This document shows, piece after piece, positions 7,122-15,802 of a DNA stretch of 18,859 bases. Position 1 is the first letter of the stretch. Each line of letters begins with the position of its first letter. The notes below the pieces were generated by a model that searched no databases, was not told where the DNA came from, and saw only the letters and a list, made by a program, of their open reading frames with translations. A program made the position numbers and the translations under genes. Source of the DNA: a bacterium (GTDB lineage: Bacteria > Zhuqueibacterota > Zhuqueibacteria > Oceanimicrobiales > Oceanimicrobiaceae); the NCBI GenBank assembly GCA_037446635.1, contig JBBIIG010000074.1, positions 1 through 18,859 of the forward strand. The letters run 5' to 3'.

Positions 7122-8849
7122 ATGAAAGATAATGAAGTGTTACCAGTAGATAGCTTGTATGATTGTGATGTCGCCATCTGTGGCGGCGGGTTGGCCGGGC
7201 TGACGTTGGCGCGCCAGCTCAAGCAGCAAATGCCGGGGTTGGCTATCGTCGTGCTTGACCGGCTCGCGCGCCCGTTGCCGGAAGCGGCGTTCAAAGTGGG
7301 CGAATCGACGACGGAAGCTGGCGCGTACTATCTGGCCGAAACCCTCGGGCTTAAAGATTATTTGAGCCGATCCCATCTCTACAAATTGGGCTTTCGCTTC
7401 TTTTTTGGCGACGCCCGTGGGCCATTTCACCAGCGCCCGGAGTTCGGTCTGTCGGAGTTTCCGGTGGTGCCGTCGTTTAATGTTGACCGCGGCTTACTGG
7501 AAAATGATTTGCGCGAGTTTGATGCCGAGATCGGGATCATCATGCTGGAAGGTTGTGCGGTGCGGGATATCGCCCTGAGCAACAGCGACGATCGCCACGA
7601 GATCAGCTTTGTTAATGGCAATAGCGCAGTCGAAGGAAAAATCCGCGCCCGTTGGGTGGTGGATGCCATGGGGCGCCGGCGCTTTATCCAAAAAAAGCTC
7701 AACTTGCTCAAACCCCTCGGCAAGGATTGCAGCGCGGTGTGGTTCCGTCTGCGCGGCCGTATCGATGTCAGCGATCTGGTGCCGCGCGAGGCGGAAGACT
7801 GGCACCGACGCGTCCCCAATAACAATCGCTTTTATTCAACCAACCACCTGTTGGGCCGCGGCTACTGGGTGTGGATCATCCCGCTGCCGTCGGACAGTAC
7901 CAGCGTCGGCATCGTTGCACTGGAGGAGATTCACCCATTTTCCGAATTCAACACCTATGAATCCGCGCGGCAGTGGCTGAAGAAATTCGAGCCGGTATTC
8001 GCGGGTTACATCGAAGGACGCGAGCCGCTGGATTTTATGTGCATGCGGAAATATAGCTACTCCTCGCGGCAGGTGTTTTCCTTCCAGCGCTGGGCATGCG
8101 TGGGTGAAGCCGGCACGTTTTCGGACCCGCTTTACGCGCCCGCGACCGATTTGATCGCCATCGCCAATTCGATGACCACCGAACTGATCCGTCTCGATTG
8201 TGCCGGAAAGTTGACCCCCGAGGTGGTGAGAAACTATAATTTTTCCATCATTGCGCTCAACGACGCACTCACGCGCAATATTCAGGTGGGCTACCCGTTG
8301 TTTAGCAACGCGGTGGTGGCGGCCGCCAAAATCATTTGGGATACGGTGGCCGGCTGGGCGCTGTTGGCGCCGCAGATCTACAACGCGGTTTTTGTTGACG
8401 ACGAAAAGCAAGCCAAAGTGCGCAAGGCCAAGGCCGGCTATTTTTTGCTGGCGCAAACCATGCATCGTTTATTCGTGGAATGGGATGCCAAGTCACGCGG
8501 ACGCGGTAGCTTTGAATTCATTGATTTTCTCAAAATTCCCCTGTTGGTGGAATTACGCCAGCGCAATTTGCAGGGTGGCAAATGCGCCCAGGAACTGATG
8601 GACGATCATCTTTTCAACATGGAGAAAATAGAGGAACTGGCGCTGGCTATTTTTTTGTTGGCGGTGGAGGACGTCATGCCGCAACGCCTCCATCAATTTC
8701 AACCGCCGGTGTGGTTAAATGCCTGGGGCCTCAGCTTACAACCGGAAAGATGGTCGACGGATAAGCTGTTTGAGCCCGCTACTCTGCCGCGCGACTGGAG
8801 CAACATTCGCGAACAAATCAGAAGTTTATTTCACATTGCTCAAAAATGA
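7122..8849 (+). CDS. FAD-dependent halogenase-like oxidoreductase (575 aa)
   Basis: Motifs are ICGGGLAGL, KVGESTTE, a candidate catalytic Lys in HLYKLGFRFFF, WVVDAMGR, YWVWIIPL (7866-7883 for WVWIIP) and GEAGTFSDPLYAP. Confidence 0.82.
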   Translation: MKDNEVLPVDSLYDCDVAICGGGLAGLTLARQLKQQMPGLAIVVLDRLARPLPEAAFKVGESTTEAGAYYLAETLGLKDYLSRSHLYKLGFRFFFGDARGPFHQRPEFGLSEFPVVPSFNVDRGLLENDLREFDAEIGIIMLEGCAVRDIALSNSDDRHEISFVNGNSAVEGKIRARWVVDAMGRRRFIQKKLNLLKPLGKDCSAVWFRLRGRIDVSDLVPREAEDWHRRVPNNNRFYSTNHLLGRGYWVWIIPLPSDSTSVGIVALEEIHPFSEFNTYESARQWLKKFEPVFAGYIEGREPLDFMCMRKYSYSSRQVFSFQRWACVGEAGTFSDPLYAPATDLIAIANSMTTELIRLDCAGKLTPEVVRNYNFSIIALNDALTRNIQVGYPLFSNAVVAAAKIIWDTVAGWALLAPQIYNAVFVDDEKQAKVRKAKAGYFLLAQTMHRLFVEWDAKSRGRGSFEFIDFLKIPLLVELRQRNLQGGKCAQELMDDHLFNMEKIEELALAIFLLAVEDVMPQRLHQFQPPVWLNAWGLSLQPERWSTDKLFEPATLPRDWSNIREQIRSLFHIAQK

Positions 8850-9835
8850 ACCAAAAGTTATTTACACCCAGCGATCTCTACTGGATGGTCGTCTGGCTGA
8901 TGACGAAACTCTATTATACCATCATCCCCATCGTCGCATTGGTGAAATTGGCGCGCTGGCAAGGGCGGCTCACGTCGTGGGCATTTAAACATCGTCATCT
9001 TGTTAAAAACAATCTCGTCTCTATTTTTGGCGATTCGATGACCGAAAAGGAAATTCGCGCCACCGTGCGGAGGCATTTTGGGTATCTGAGAGAATGTGAG
9101 CTGATGCTGAGGCTGCCAAAATTAAAAGGGTTTTCGCGGCCCGCGCACTGCCCCATAGAAGGGTTATCGCATCTGGAGCAGGCGCTTGCCAAAGGCAAGG
9201 GTGTCATCATCCTCGGTGCCCACTTCGGTTATTCGCGACTGATCAAACACTTTCTGGCCATGAGAGGTTACGACATAAAGGTCGTGGGCGCGCGCTCCAG
9301 CCAGAAAGTCAAAGCGGAAAAAAAAGAAAAAAAGCACATTCGATCCTACACCGCTTGGCGGCGATTCCTGTATCAGCGGTTGCGCGTTTCAACGGACATA
9401 ACCGATGAGCGGGATATCTTTGCGGATTTCAACGTGCGGCCGCTGCTGGAGGTCTTGAAGAAAAATGGTATTTTGATTATTGATGGCGATGCGCAGCATG
9501 CCGTCGGCTATGCGGTTTTACCCTTTTTGGGACGGCTCTATCCCTTTCCCACCGGCTTCATGACAGTGGCGATGGGAACGGGCGCGGCGGTTCTACCGGC
9601 GTTTGCGGTAGATGGTGCTGAGGGCTTTGGGATCAAAGTCATTATCGAACAGCCCCTATCTCTGGAGACGAATGGCGGCGCGGAGCAAGCCGTAACCAAA
9701 AACTTAGAAAGCTTCGTTCAAATCTTTGAATCGTATGTTAAGCGCTACCCCTATCTGTACCGAATCTGGAGCAAAGAAAACTGGTTCGAGCGCAAATTAG
9801 CGCAGGTGGATAAAGACCCGGCGGAGCGTTTTTAA
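8846..9835 (+). CDS. LpxL/HtrB-like (lysophospholipid acyltransferase family) acyltransferase, paralog 1
   Basis: ATGA overlap with the halogenase stop. It has an N-terminal hydrophobic helix, IEGLSHLEQALAKGKGVIILGAHFG, LPFLGRLYPFPTG, TGAAVLP and YVKRYPYLYRIW. Confidence 0.85.
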   Translation: MNQKLFTPSDLYWMVVWLMTKLYYTIIPIVALVKLARWQGRLTSWAFKHRHLVKNNLVSIFGDSMTEKEIRATVRRHFGYLRECELMLRLPKLKGFSRPAHCPIEGLSHLEQALAKGKGVIILGAHFGYSRLIKHFLAMRGYDIKVVGARSSQKVKAEKKEKKHIRSYTAWRRFLYQRLRVSTDITDERDIFADFNVRPLLEVLKKNGILIIDGDAQHAVGYAVLPFLGRLYPFPTGFMTVAMGTGAAVLPAFAVDGAEGFGIKVIIEQPLSLETNGGAEQAVTKNLESFVQIFESYVKRYPYLYRIWSKENWFERKLAQVDKDPAERF

Positions 9836-9850
9836 ATAAGGCAGAGCGAA

Positions 9851-11188
9851 ATGACTAACTTCAAAAGCATGCCGGAAGAGTGGCATTTTCCGCAATTGCG
9901 CCACATCAACGATGCCCAGCAACTGGCGCACCAGCTGCAGCCCCACGTCGGGGAGGCGCACGTTGCGGGCAGCGAAATCGACGAGGTGTATTATGAGCCG
10001 GGCGGCGGGTGCAAAATTTCGTTGCGCGTCCGCTTCAAAGTCGCCAGCGAGCGCATAGAGGAGCAAATCTACTACGGCCGGTTGTTCCCTAAAAAATGGA
10101 GAAACCCCGCGGAGATTTACGCCCGCGCCCAACGGCAAAATCATACCCCGCCGAAATTTGGCCCGCCGTTGATTTTTATTCCGGAATGGGAACTGGTGCT
10201 GTGGGCGTTCCCCAACGACCCCGGCTTGCCGGGCTTGCCGATTTTAGCGAACCCCGAGCGCGTGTTGGCCCTCGCTCAAGCCGCGCCCGAAAAATTCGGG
10301 CTGTCCCAGCCACCGATTTCCATTCGCGCCGAAATGACCAAGTACGTTCCCCACCGGCGCTGCGGCTATTTGTATCATTTCACACAACCCCACAACCACT
10401 CGGAGGCGGCGGTTTATGCGAAAGCATACCGCGATCGCAAAGGCAACGACGTATATGATTGCATGAAACAAATTTGGGAACATGAGGCCAGCCAGCGTGG
10501 GGAAGTTATCATCCCACAGCCCTACAGCTACGATACCGAACACAACATCCTTTGGCAGGAAGCGCTCACCGGCCGCCCCCTCTCGAAGCTGGCGGAGGCC
10601 CGCAAAGATTTACCGGCGGTAGCCCGCGAAGTGGGATGCCGTTTGGCGGCGCTGCATAATATGAGGTTGAATCTGCCGCAAGAGCTGACTCTTGAGTATC
10701 AAGTAAACAAGTTAGGGCAATATATCGCTGCGCTGGCAAAAGCATATCAACAATATGCCGAGCGCTGTAACATTCTTCATTCAAAATTACAGGCCGGAGC
10801 CGCGCAGTTGGAAGCCAGCCTTGTGGCGCCCATCCATGCCTCTTTCAAATTTAGCCATACTTTTTTGACCGATAGGGGGATCACTTTTATTGACTTCGAC
10901 GGCGCCAACCTGGGCGACCCGGGCCACGACGTAGGCAGCTTCGTTGCCTATTTATATAAAATGGAGGTCGAACAGAAGCTGGGGGCAGACGTTGTTGAGC
11001 AAACCGCTGCCAACTTTTGCGAGGCGTACAATCAAGCCGCGAACTCACCCATTTCGAAAAAGCGCAGCGACTGGTTTACCGCCAGCCACATCATCGTCAG
11101 TCATATTTATAAATCGCTCAAACGTTTGGATTCGCAACAACTCGGCCAATTCTTGCAAGTGGCGGAAGACCTGGTTGAAAAACTGTGA
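9851..11188 (+). CDS. Aminoglycoside phosphotransferase/choline kinase-fold protein 1 (catalytic Asp missing)
   Basis: Motifs are WAFPNDPGL, VYAKAY, IPQP, RLAALH, PIHASFKFSH (Brenner-motif position) and FIDFDGANLGDPGHDVGSF. Confidence 0.78.
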   Translation: MTNFKSMPEEWHFPQLRHINDAQQLAHQLQPHVGEAHVAGSEIDEVYYEPGGGCKISLRVRFKVASERIEEQIYYGRLFPKKWRNPAEIYARAQRQNHTPPKFGPPLIFIPEWELVLWAFPNDPGLPGLPILANPERVLALAQAAPEKFGLSQPPISIRAEMTKYVPHRRCGYLYHFTQPHNHSEAAVYAKAYRDRKGNDVYDCMKQIWEHEASQRGEVIIPQPYSYDTEHNILWQEALTGRPLSKLAEARKDLPAVAREVGCRLAALHNMRLNLPQELTLEYQVNKLGQYIAALAKAYQQYAERCNILHSKLQAGAAQLEASLVAPIHASFKFSHTFLTDRGITFIDFDGANLGDPGHDVGSFVAYLYKMEVEQKLGADVVEQTAANFCEAYNQAANSPISKKRSDWFTASHIIVSHIYKSLKRLDSQQLGQFLQVAEDLVEKL

Positions 11189-12606
11189 ACCGGCCTTTTC
11201 AAAACATCGTCGAGCGGTTGCTGCAGCAGCCGCAACTTCCTCAGCTCGCAACCGTCGTCAACGAAGAGCGGATGCACGAGTTGTTCGGCCAGCATCTGCA
11301 CGCCGCGGGGGTCGCTCAGGAATGGCGGGTGACGACCTGCAAAATTGAGCGAATCTACTTCAAACCCGCCAAACGCTGTTGGGTGTTGTATCGGTTAACG
11401 CTCTCGAACCGCGAGGGTGAGCAAGTGCAAGAATGGCTTTTTGGTAAAATCGCGCGCGATAGCAGCGATCTTGTCAAACATCTTGACTCCGGTCTCAAAA
11501 GAGATGGCGGCGATTCCCGTTGCTTAGATGTTTTGCCGGCGGTGAGTTTTTGGGAGAAGTTGGGGATGGAACTTTGGGTTTTTCCGTATGAGTCCGTTTT
11601 AAAGACTTTGCCGCAGGTCGTCGGCTCGAACTCCTTCGTCCCGCAAGTGGTGGCCAACCTTTCTGCGCTGGGTATTGCTAAAAGCGCAGCAGGGTGGCGC
11701 TGCAAACGGTTTCGCTTTGATCGCATCAAATACACGCCGGAGAAGCGCTGCGTTTTGCGTTTTCATATCGGTCTGGAAAATTCTAGGGACCAATCTCATG
11801 ACATCACGTTCTACAGCAAAACCTACAACGATTCTTTGAGTGGCAGTTATTTTACCATTCTGCGCTCTGCCCGCGAACAAATATCTGCCCAAACGACGGC
11901 GGTTAACGTGCCGAAACCCCTGGCTCATTTTGAGAACACGCGAACGACCTGGTACGAGGATTGGGGAGGCGCCGCGCTCATTGACCAATATTCCGAGTTG
12001 GAAAGCCCGCCGCTTTTTTCGAATATTGCCCATACGCTCGCGGCCCTCCACCGCTGTCGAATCAGCGGCCTGCGTCGTGGCCCGGATTTGGAGGATGTTT
12101 TCCAGCATTCCAGTGCCGACGCGCGGCAGGTTGCGCATCTCCTGCCAGGCTACGGGGATTGGATTGGCAAAATATTGGCCAGCTTGGAGCGCCGAAAAAG
12201 CCATTTGCAAAAGCAGGACGTCCCCTCGGTTCCGGTGCACGGAGCGTTTCGGCTCGAACAAATTCTGATCAAACAAAATAAGTTAGCCCTGGTGGACTTC
12301 GATGCCCTGGCCCTCGGCGATCCATTAGCCGACGTCGCCGAATTTATCGCCTCCTTGCATTACTTGCAATTAAGCCGGGGGGTGCCGTATGAGTTTCTCA
12401 AAACCGCTGCCGAACGTTTCTACACCAGCTATCGCGAGGCGGCGTCTTGGGCTTGTGATCGCGAACGCATCGGCTTCTACGCCTTATGCTTTTTTCTCAG
12501 CAAGATGTACATGATGATCAAACAACTGGATATCAACGCCCTGCAGCGGCTTGAGGTTTGGAATCCCCAAATTTTAAACGACTGGCTGCACTGGATATCA
12601 ACATGA
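11185..12606 (+). CDS. Aminoglycoside phosphotransferase/choline kinase-fold protein 2 (catalytic Asp missing)
   Basis: GTGA overlap with the previous stop. Motifs are WVFPYE, FYSKTY, VPKPL, TLAALH, PVHGAFRLEQ and LVDFDALALGDPLADVAEF. It is clearly paralogous to 9851-11188. Confidence 0.78.
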   Translation: MNRPFQNIVERLLQQPQLPQLATVVNEERMHELFGQHLHAAGVAQEWRVTTCKIERIYFKPAKRCWVLYRLTLSNREGEQVQEWLFGKIARDSSDLVKHLDSGLKRDGGDSRCLDVLPAVSFWEKLGMELWVFPYESVLKTLPQVVGSNSFVPQVVANLSALGIAKSAAGWRCKRFRFDRIKYTPEKRCVLRFHIGLENSRDQSHDITFYSKTYNDSLSGSYFTILRSAREQISAQTTAVNVPKPLAHFENTRTTWYEDWGGAALIDQYSELESPPLFSNIAHTLAALHRCRISGLRRGPDLEDVFQHSSADARQVAHLLPGYGDWIGKILASLERRKSHLQKQDVPSVPVHGAFRLEQILIKQNKLALVDFDALALGDPLADVAEFIASLHYLQLSRGVPYEFLKTAAERFYTSYREAASWACDRERIGFYALCFFLSKMYMMIKQLDINALQRLEVWNPQILNDWLHWIST

Positions 12607-13640
12607 AGGTAGCTTACGTTCGCACGCGCATGGGAAATGAAATGACGGCCACAAGCAGCTCATTTAAAATAATACTGGGCTTGCACCAGCGCCGCGCCGT
12701 TTCCGATTACGAAATCTGGCAGTTTACGGATCGCGCCGCCGCGGAAACTCCGGCGCCAGCGCCAGCGCTTAAACTTTTTCGATGTGACCACAACAACTTC
12801 GCCGATGATCTGACGCGCGAGGTTTATGAAAATGGCCAACCCGATATTCTCTGGGTGGATGGACGCGATACGCCGCCCTATATTCAACAAACCCTCGATC
12901 TCTGCCCGGCCAGCTTCAAGCTCATTTATTCGAAACACCCCCGGCCGTGGAACATCGAAAACTTAGAGCGCTATGATTTATGCCTGGTGGACGAGGACTG
13001 GCAAGTTGCCAAAGTCAAAAAACATTTTCCGCGAGTGAGCTGCTTCGTATGGGATAAGTTGGTGGATTACGAAACCACCTTTTACCCGCTAACATGTGAG
13101 AAGAGCTACGATCTGTGTTACGTGGCTAGCCTGCGCAAGGGGAAAAATCATGAACTGCTTTTTGAGGCCATTTCCAGAGTCAAGGACCGAACTCTGACCT
13201 GCGTGTGTGTGGGCGGCGACCTCAAAGGCAACCGCGAGTCCTGGGATCGCCTGGCGCCGCTGCAGCAAATGGTGGCGGATTTGGGGCTCTCCGTTCATTT
13301 TACTGGCCCGGTTAGCGCCCAGGAAGTGAATCGCTACATCAATTTATCGAAGATTGGCGTGATGTGTTCGATTGTTGATGCGGCGCCGCGCGCCATGTTG
13401 GAGTACATGGCCGCGGATGTGCCGGTACTGGTCAGCTCCGGCATGTTGGCCGGCGCACGCTACCTCGGCCCGGCCGCCGGAGTGGTCGCCGCGCCCAAAG
13501 AGTTTCATTTGGGGATGACGACGCTTCTGGATAACCGGAAAAACTATTCGCCGCGCGCCTATCTGCTTCAAAATTATTCGTTCGAAAAAGTGATAGCAAA
13601 ATGCATCACCATTTTGAGGCAGGCGGGATGCCAGGTTTAG
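12603..13640 (+). CDS. Glycosyltransferase, GT-B fold, GT4-like
   Basis: ATGA overlap at 12603-12606. C-terminal domain motifs are LCYVASLRKGKNHELL, VHFTGPVS and SIVDAAPRAMLEYMAADVPV (D/E-x7-E). Confidence 0.85.
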   Translation: MKVAYVRTRMGNEMTATSSSFKIILGLHQRRAVSDYEIWQFTDRAAAETPAPAPALKLFRCDHNNFADDLTREVYENGQPDILWVDGRDTPPYIQQTLDLCPASFKLIYSKHPRPWNIENLERYDLCLVDEDWQVAKVKKHFPRVSCFVWDKLVDYETTFYPLTCEKSYDLCYVASLRKGKNHELLFEAISRVKDRTLTCVCVGGDLKGNRESWDRLAPLQQMVADLGLSVHFTGPVSAQEVNRYINLSKIGVMCSIVDAAPRAMLEYMAADVPVLVSSGMLAGARYLGPAAGVVAAPKEFHLGMTTLLDNRKNYSPRAYLLQNYSFEKVIAKCITILRQAGCQV

Positions 13641-13660
13641 CAGCAGTTGCGAGGCCGACG

Positions 13661-14686
13661 ATGCCGCAGGAAGCTGAGATCATTTTTAAGCAGAAGCGAT
13701 TCAAACCCACTGATATTGTCTGGTCGTTGATCTGGCTGATAAAAAGGATCGCCTACTCGACGGTTCCGATACCGTTATTATTCTGGTTGGCAAAAGCTAA
13801 AGGTTTCATCGTATCGTTTGTTTCCTCAGAGCGCTTCGATGTCAAACGCAATCTGATTTCTGTTTACGGTTCAAACAAAAGCGAACGGGAAATTAACACC
13901 ATGGCCCGCCGCCATTTCGAATACTTGGAGCGGTTCGAGCTGAGTCAGGTGTGGCCGGATTTGCAGGGATTTGCGCACGCCCACCGCTGCCCGCTGGAAG
14001 GGCTGCCGTATCTGGAGGCGGCGCTCGCTCAGGGCAAAGGCGCGATTTTGCTGACCACCCACTTGGGTTACGGTCGGCTAATTAAATACTTTCTCAGAGT
14101 GAAAGGGTATCCGGTGCTGACCGTGGGCCCAAAAGACCCGAAAGATAAAAGTCATAAGATGACGAAATTTGCCTATTTCATTTATTACCGACTGCTCAAG
14201 GTGCCGGAATTTTCTCGTGAAAAAGAAAACGATCTCCCCCTCGCTTTGAATGTGCGGCCGCTGGTGCAAGCGCTAAAGAAAAATGAAATCCTTTTGCTCA
14301 CCGTGGATGGCAAGCGCAGCAGCCGGCTGATGGAGGTCAAGTTGCTGGGAAGGCGCACGGCCTTTGCCACCGGCAGCGTGAGGTTGGCGCACGAAACCGG
14401 CGCCACGGTACTGCCGGTTTTCGTGGTGGATTCAAATGATGGCTGGATTGGCATGAAGTCCATTATTGAACCCCCGTTGGAGCTCGAGCGCAGCGGCGAT
14501 GCGGAACAGGACGTTTGCCGACCTCTTGAACGATATGCTCAACTTTATGAAGATTATATTCATCGCTATCCCCATCTCTTTCATTGGCGCAAACGCGACT
14601 TCTTTTCCAAACGACGATTGAAGGCGCTCAAAGCCGATGTGGCGGATCGACTGAGTGGACAGTACAAAACAAAAATGACGCGATAA
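13661..14686 (+). CDS. LpxL/HtrB-like acyltransferase, paralog 2
   Basis: A GAGG at 13651-13654 precedes the ATG at 13661; ATG 13628 is an alternative start. Motifs are LEGLPYLEAALAQGKGAILLTTHLG, NVRPL, ATGSVRLAHETGATVLP and YIHRYPHLFHW. Confidence 0.85.
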   Translation: MPQEAEIIFKQKRFKPTDIVWSLIWLIKRIAYSTVPIPLLFWLAKAKGFIVSFVSSERFDVKRNLISVYGSNKSEREINTMARRHFEYLERFELSQVWPDLQGFAHAHRCPLEGLPYLEAALAQGKGAILLTTHLGYGRLIKYFLRVKGYPVLTVGPKDPKDKSHKMTKFAYFIYYRLLKVPEFSREKENDLPLALNVRPLVQALKKNEILLLTVDGKRSSRLMEVKLLGRRTAFATGSVRLAHETGATVLPVFVVDSNDGWIGMKSIIEPPLELERSGDAEQDVCRPLERYAQLYEDYIHRYPHLFHWRKRDFFSKRRLKALKADVADRLSGQYKTKMTR

Positions 14687-14703
14687 TTTACAATGTGAAG
14701 TCC

Positions 14704-14736
14704 TGTCGGGAACGCATACTGCGTTCCCGACATTTT
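14704..14736 (+). terminator. Perfect 13-bp hairpin followed by TTTT: intrinsic terminator or REP-like palindrome
   Basis: TGTCGGGAACGCA (14704-14716), loop TAC, TGCGTTCCCGACA (14720-14732), then TTTT. It starts 17 nt after the stop of paralog 2. Confidence 0.6.
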
Positions 14737-14774
14737 GCTTGCTATATTTGATTTACAATAGTCGAGTTATAACT

Positions 14775-15764
14775 ATGAACAGAACCTTCGAACCCAGCGA
14801 TCTCTATTGGGCTTTTGTTTGGGTGAGCAAGAAAATATTTTATTCGCTGGTTCCAATCCCATTTCTGTTTTTCTGGTGGAAAGTGAAGGGATATTATCGC
14901 ATGTTCGCTGCCGGTGAGCGGCAAATGGTCAAGCAGAATCTTCTCTCATTGTTAGGCGACAAAAAAAATGAGCGAGAAATTAAATCGATTATCCGGCGGC
15001 ACTTTGTGTTTCTGGAAACTCGCGGCCCCATTCATATTTTACCGAAATTAAAAGGGTTTGCCAAAGCGAAGCTCTGGCAAATTGAAGGGCTGCACCATTT
15101 GGAGGCAGCCTGTTCGCGAGGCAAAGGGGTGATTTTGCTGACCGGACATTTTGGCTACAGTGCCCTCATTAAATATATTCTTAACGCGTGGGGGTATAAG
15201 GCCCGCCGAGTTCGAGCGCAAAAAAGCAAAAAGTTGAAAACGTTGAAAAAAGAAAAACGGTGGATTGAAAACTCTTCTCGTTTTAGGAAGTCGATGTATG
15301 ACCGTTTTCATATAGACCCTGCTGGCTTTGACGACGACGATTTGGTGGCGGATTTCAATGTGCGGCCCTTAGTCCAGTGCCTGAAGAAAAACGAAATTTT
15401 ATTGTTTCTGGCTGATGCCTTACATGCCGCAAATTTTGTTGAACTGCCCCTGTTGGGCGAGCCCTATCCATTTGCAACCGGTTATATGAGCTTGGCGATA
15501 ATGACCGACGCCGCTATTTTGCCGCTCTTCGCCGTGGACCGTCTCGAAGAGTTTGGCGTGAAAATTGTGATTCAAAAACCGCTGGAGCTCGAGGGCCAGC
15601 GCGTGCAAAGTTTAGAGGCAATCCGGACCAATATTGAACGCTTTGTCCGGCTCTTTGAATCCTATTTAATCCAGTACCCTCATCTTTATAACATTTGGAC
15701 CAAAGAAGGCTGGTTTGAGAGCCGGCGCGCTCGTAGCCAAAAACCCCTGGTTGAACGGTATTGA
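14775..15764 (+). CDS. LpxL/HtrB-like acyltransferase, paralog 3
   Basis: The ATG at 14775 was chosen because MNRTFEPSDLYW aligns with MNQKLFTPSDLYW of paralog 1. Motifs are IEGLHHLEAACSRGKGVILLTGHFG, ADFNVRPL, LPLLGEPYPFATG and YLIQYPHLYNIW. Confidence 0.85.
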   Translation: MNRTFEPSDLYWAFVWVSKKIFYSLVPIPFLFFWWKVKGYYRMFAAGERQMVKQNLLSLLGDKKNEREIKSIIRRHFVFLETRGPIHILPKLKGFAKAKLWQIEGLHHLEAACSRGKGVILLTGHFGYSALIKYILNAWGYKARRVRAQKSKKLKTLKKEKRWIENSSRFRKSMYDRFHIDPAGFDDDDLVADFNVRPLVQCLKKNEILLFLADALHAANFVELPLLGEPYPFATGYMSLAIMTDAAILPLFAVDRLEEFGVKIVIQKPLELEGQRVQSLEAIRTNIERFVRLFESYLIQYPHLYNIWTKEGWFESRRARSQKPLVERY

Positions 15765-15802
15765 ATCAAAAACATATTTACTAAATTCATGCAGGATAAA
15801 CC

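Noticed and set aside
9317..9334. GAAAAAAAAGAAAAAAAG containing an in-phase A_AAA_AAG slippery motif
   Set aside because: It encodes EKKEKK in a Lys-rich insert that is also basic in paralog 3. The zero frame yields a complete protein, and I saw no stimulatory element.
9851..12606. Aminoglycoside resistance genes
   Set aside because: They share only the fold. They are much longer than APH enzymes, lack the catalytic Asp and sit in a biosynthetic context.
14733..14774. Possible sigma70 promoter (TTGCTT/TTGATT with TACAAT/TATAAC)
   Set aside because: The spacings are 13, 14 or more than 20 nt rather than 16-18, so it is not supportable.
8846..15764. Assigning lpxL/htrB/lpxM symbols
   Set aside because: The catalytic motif is non-canonical and no other lipid A genes are present, so only family-level calls are justified.
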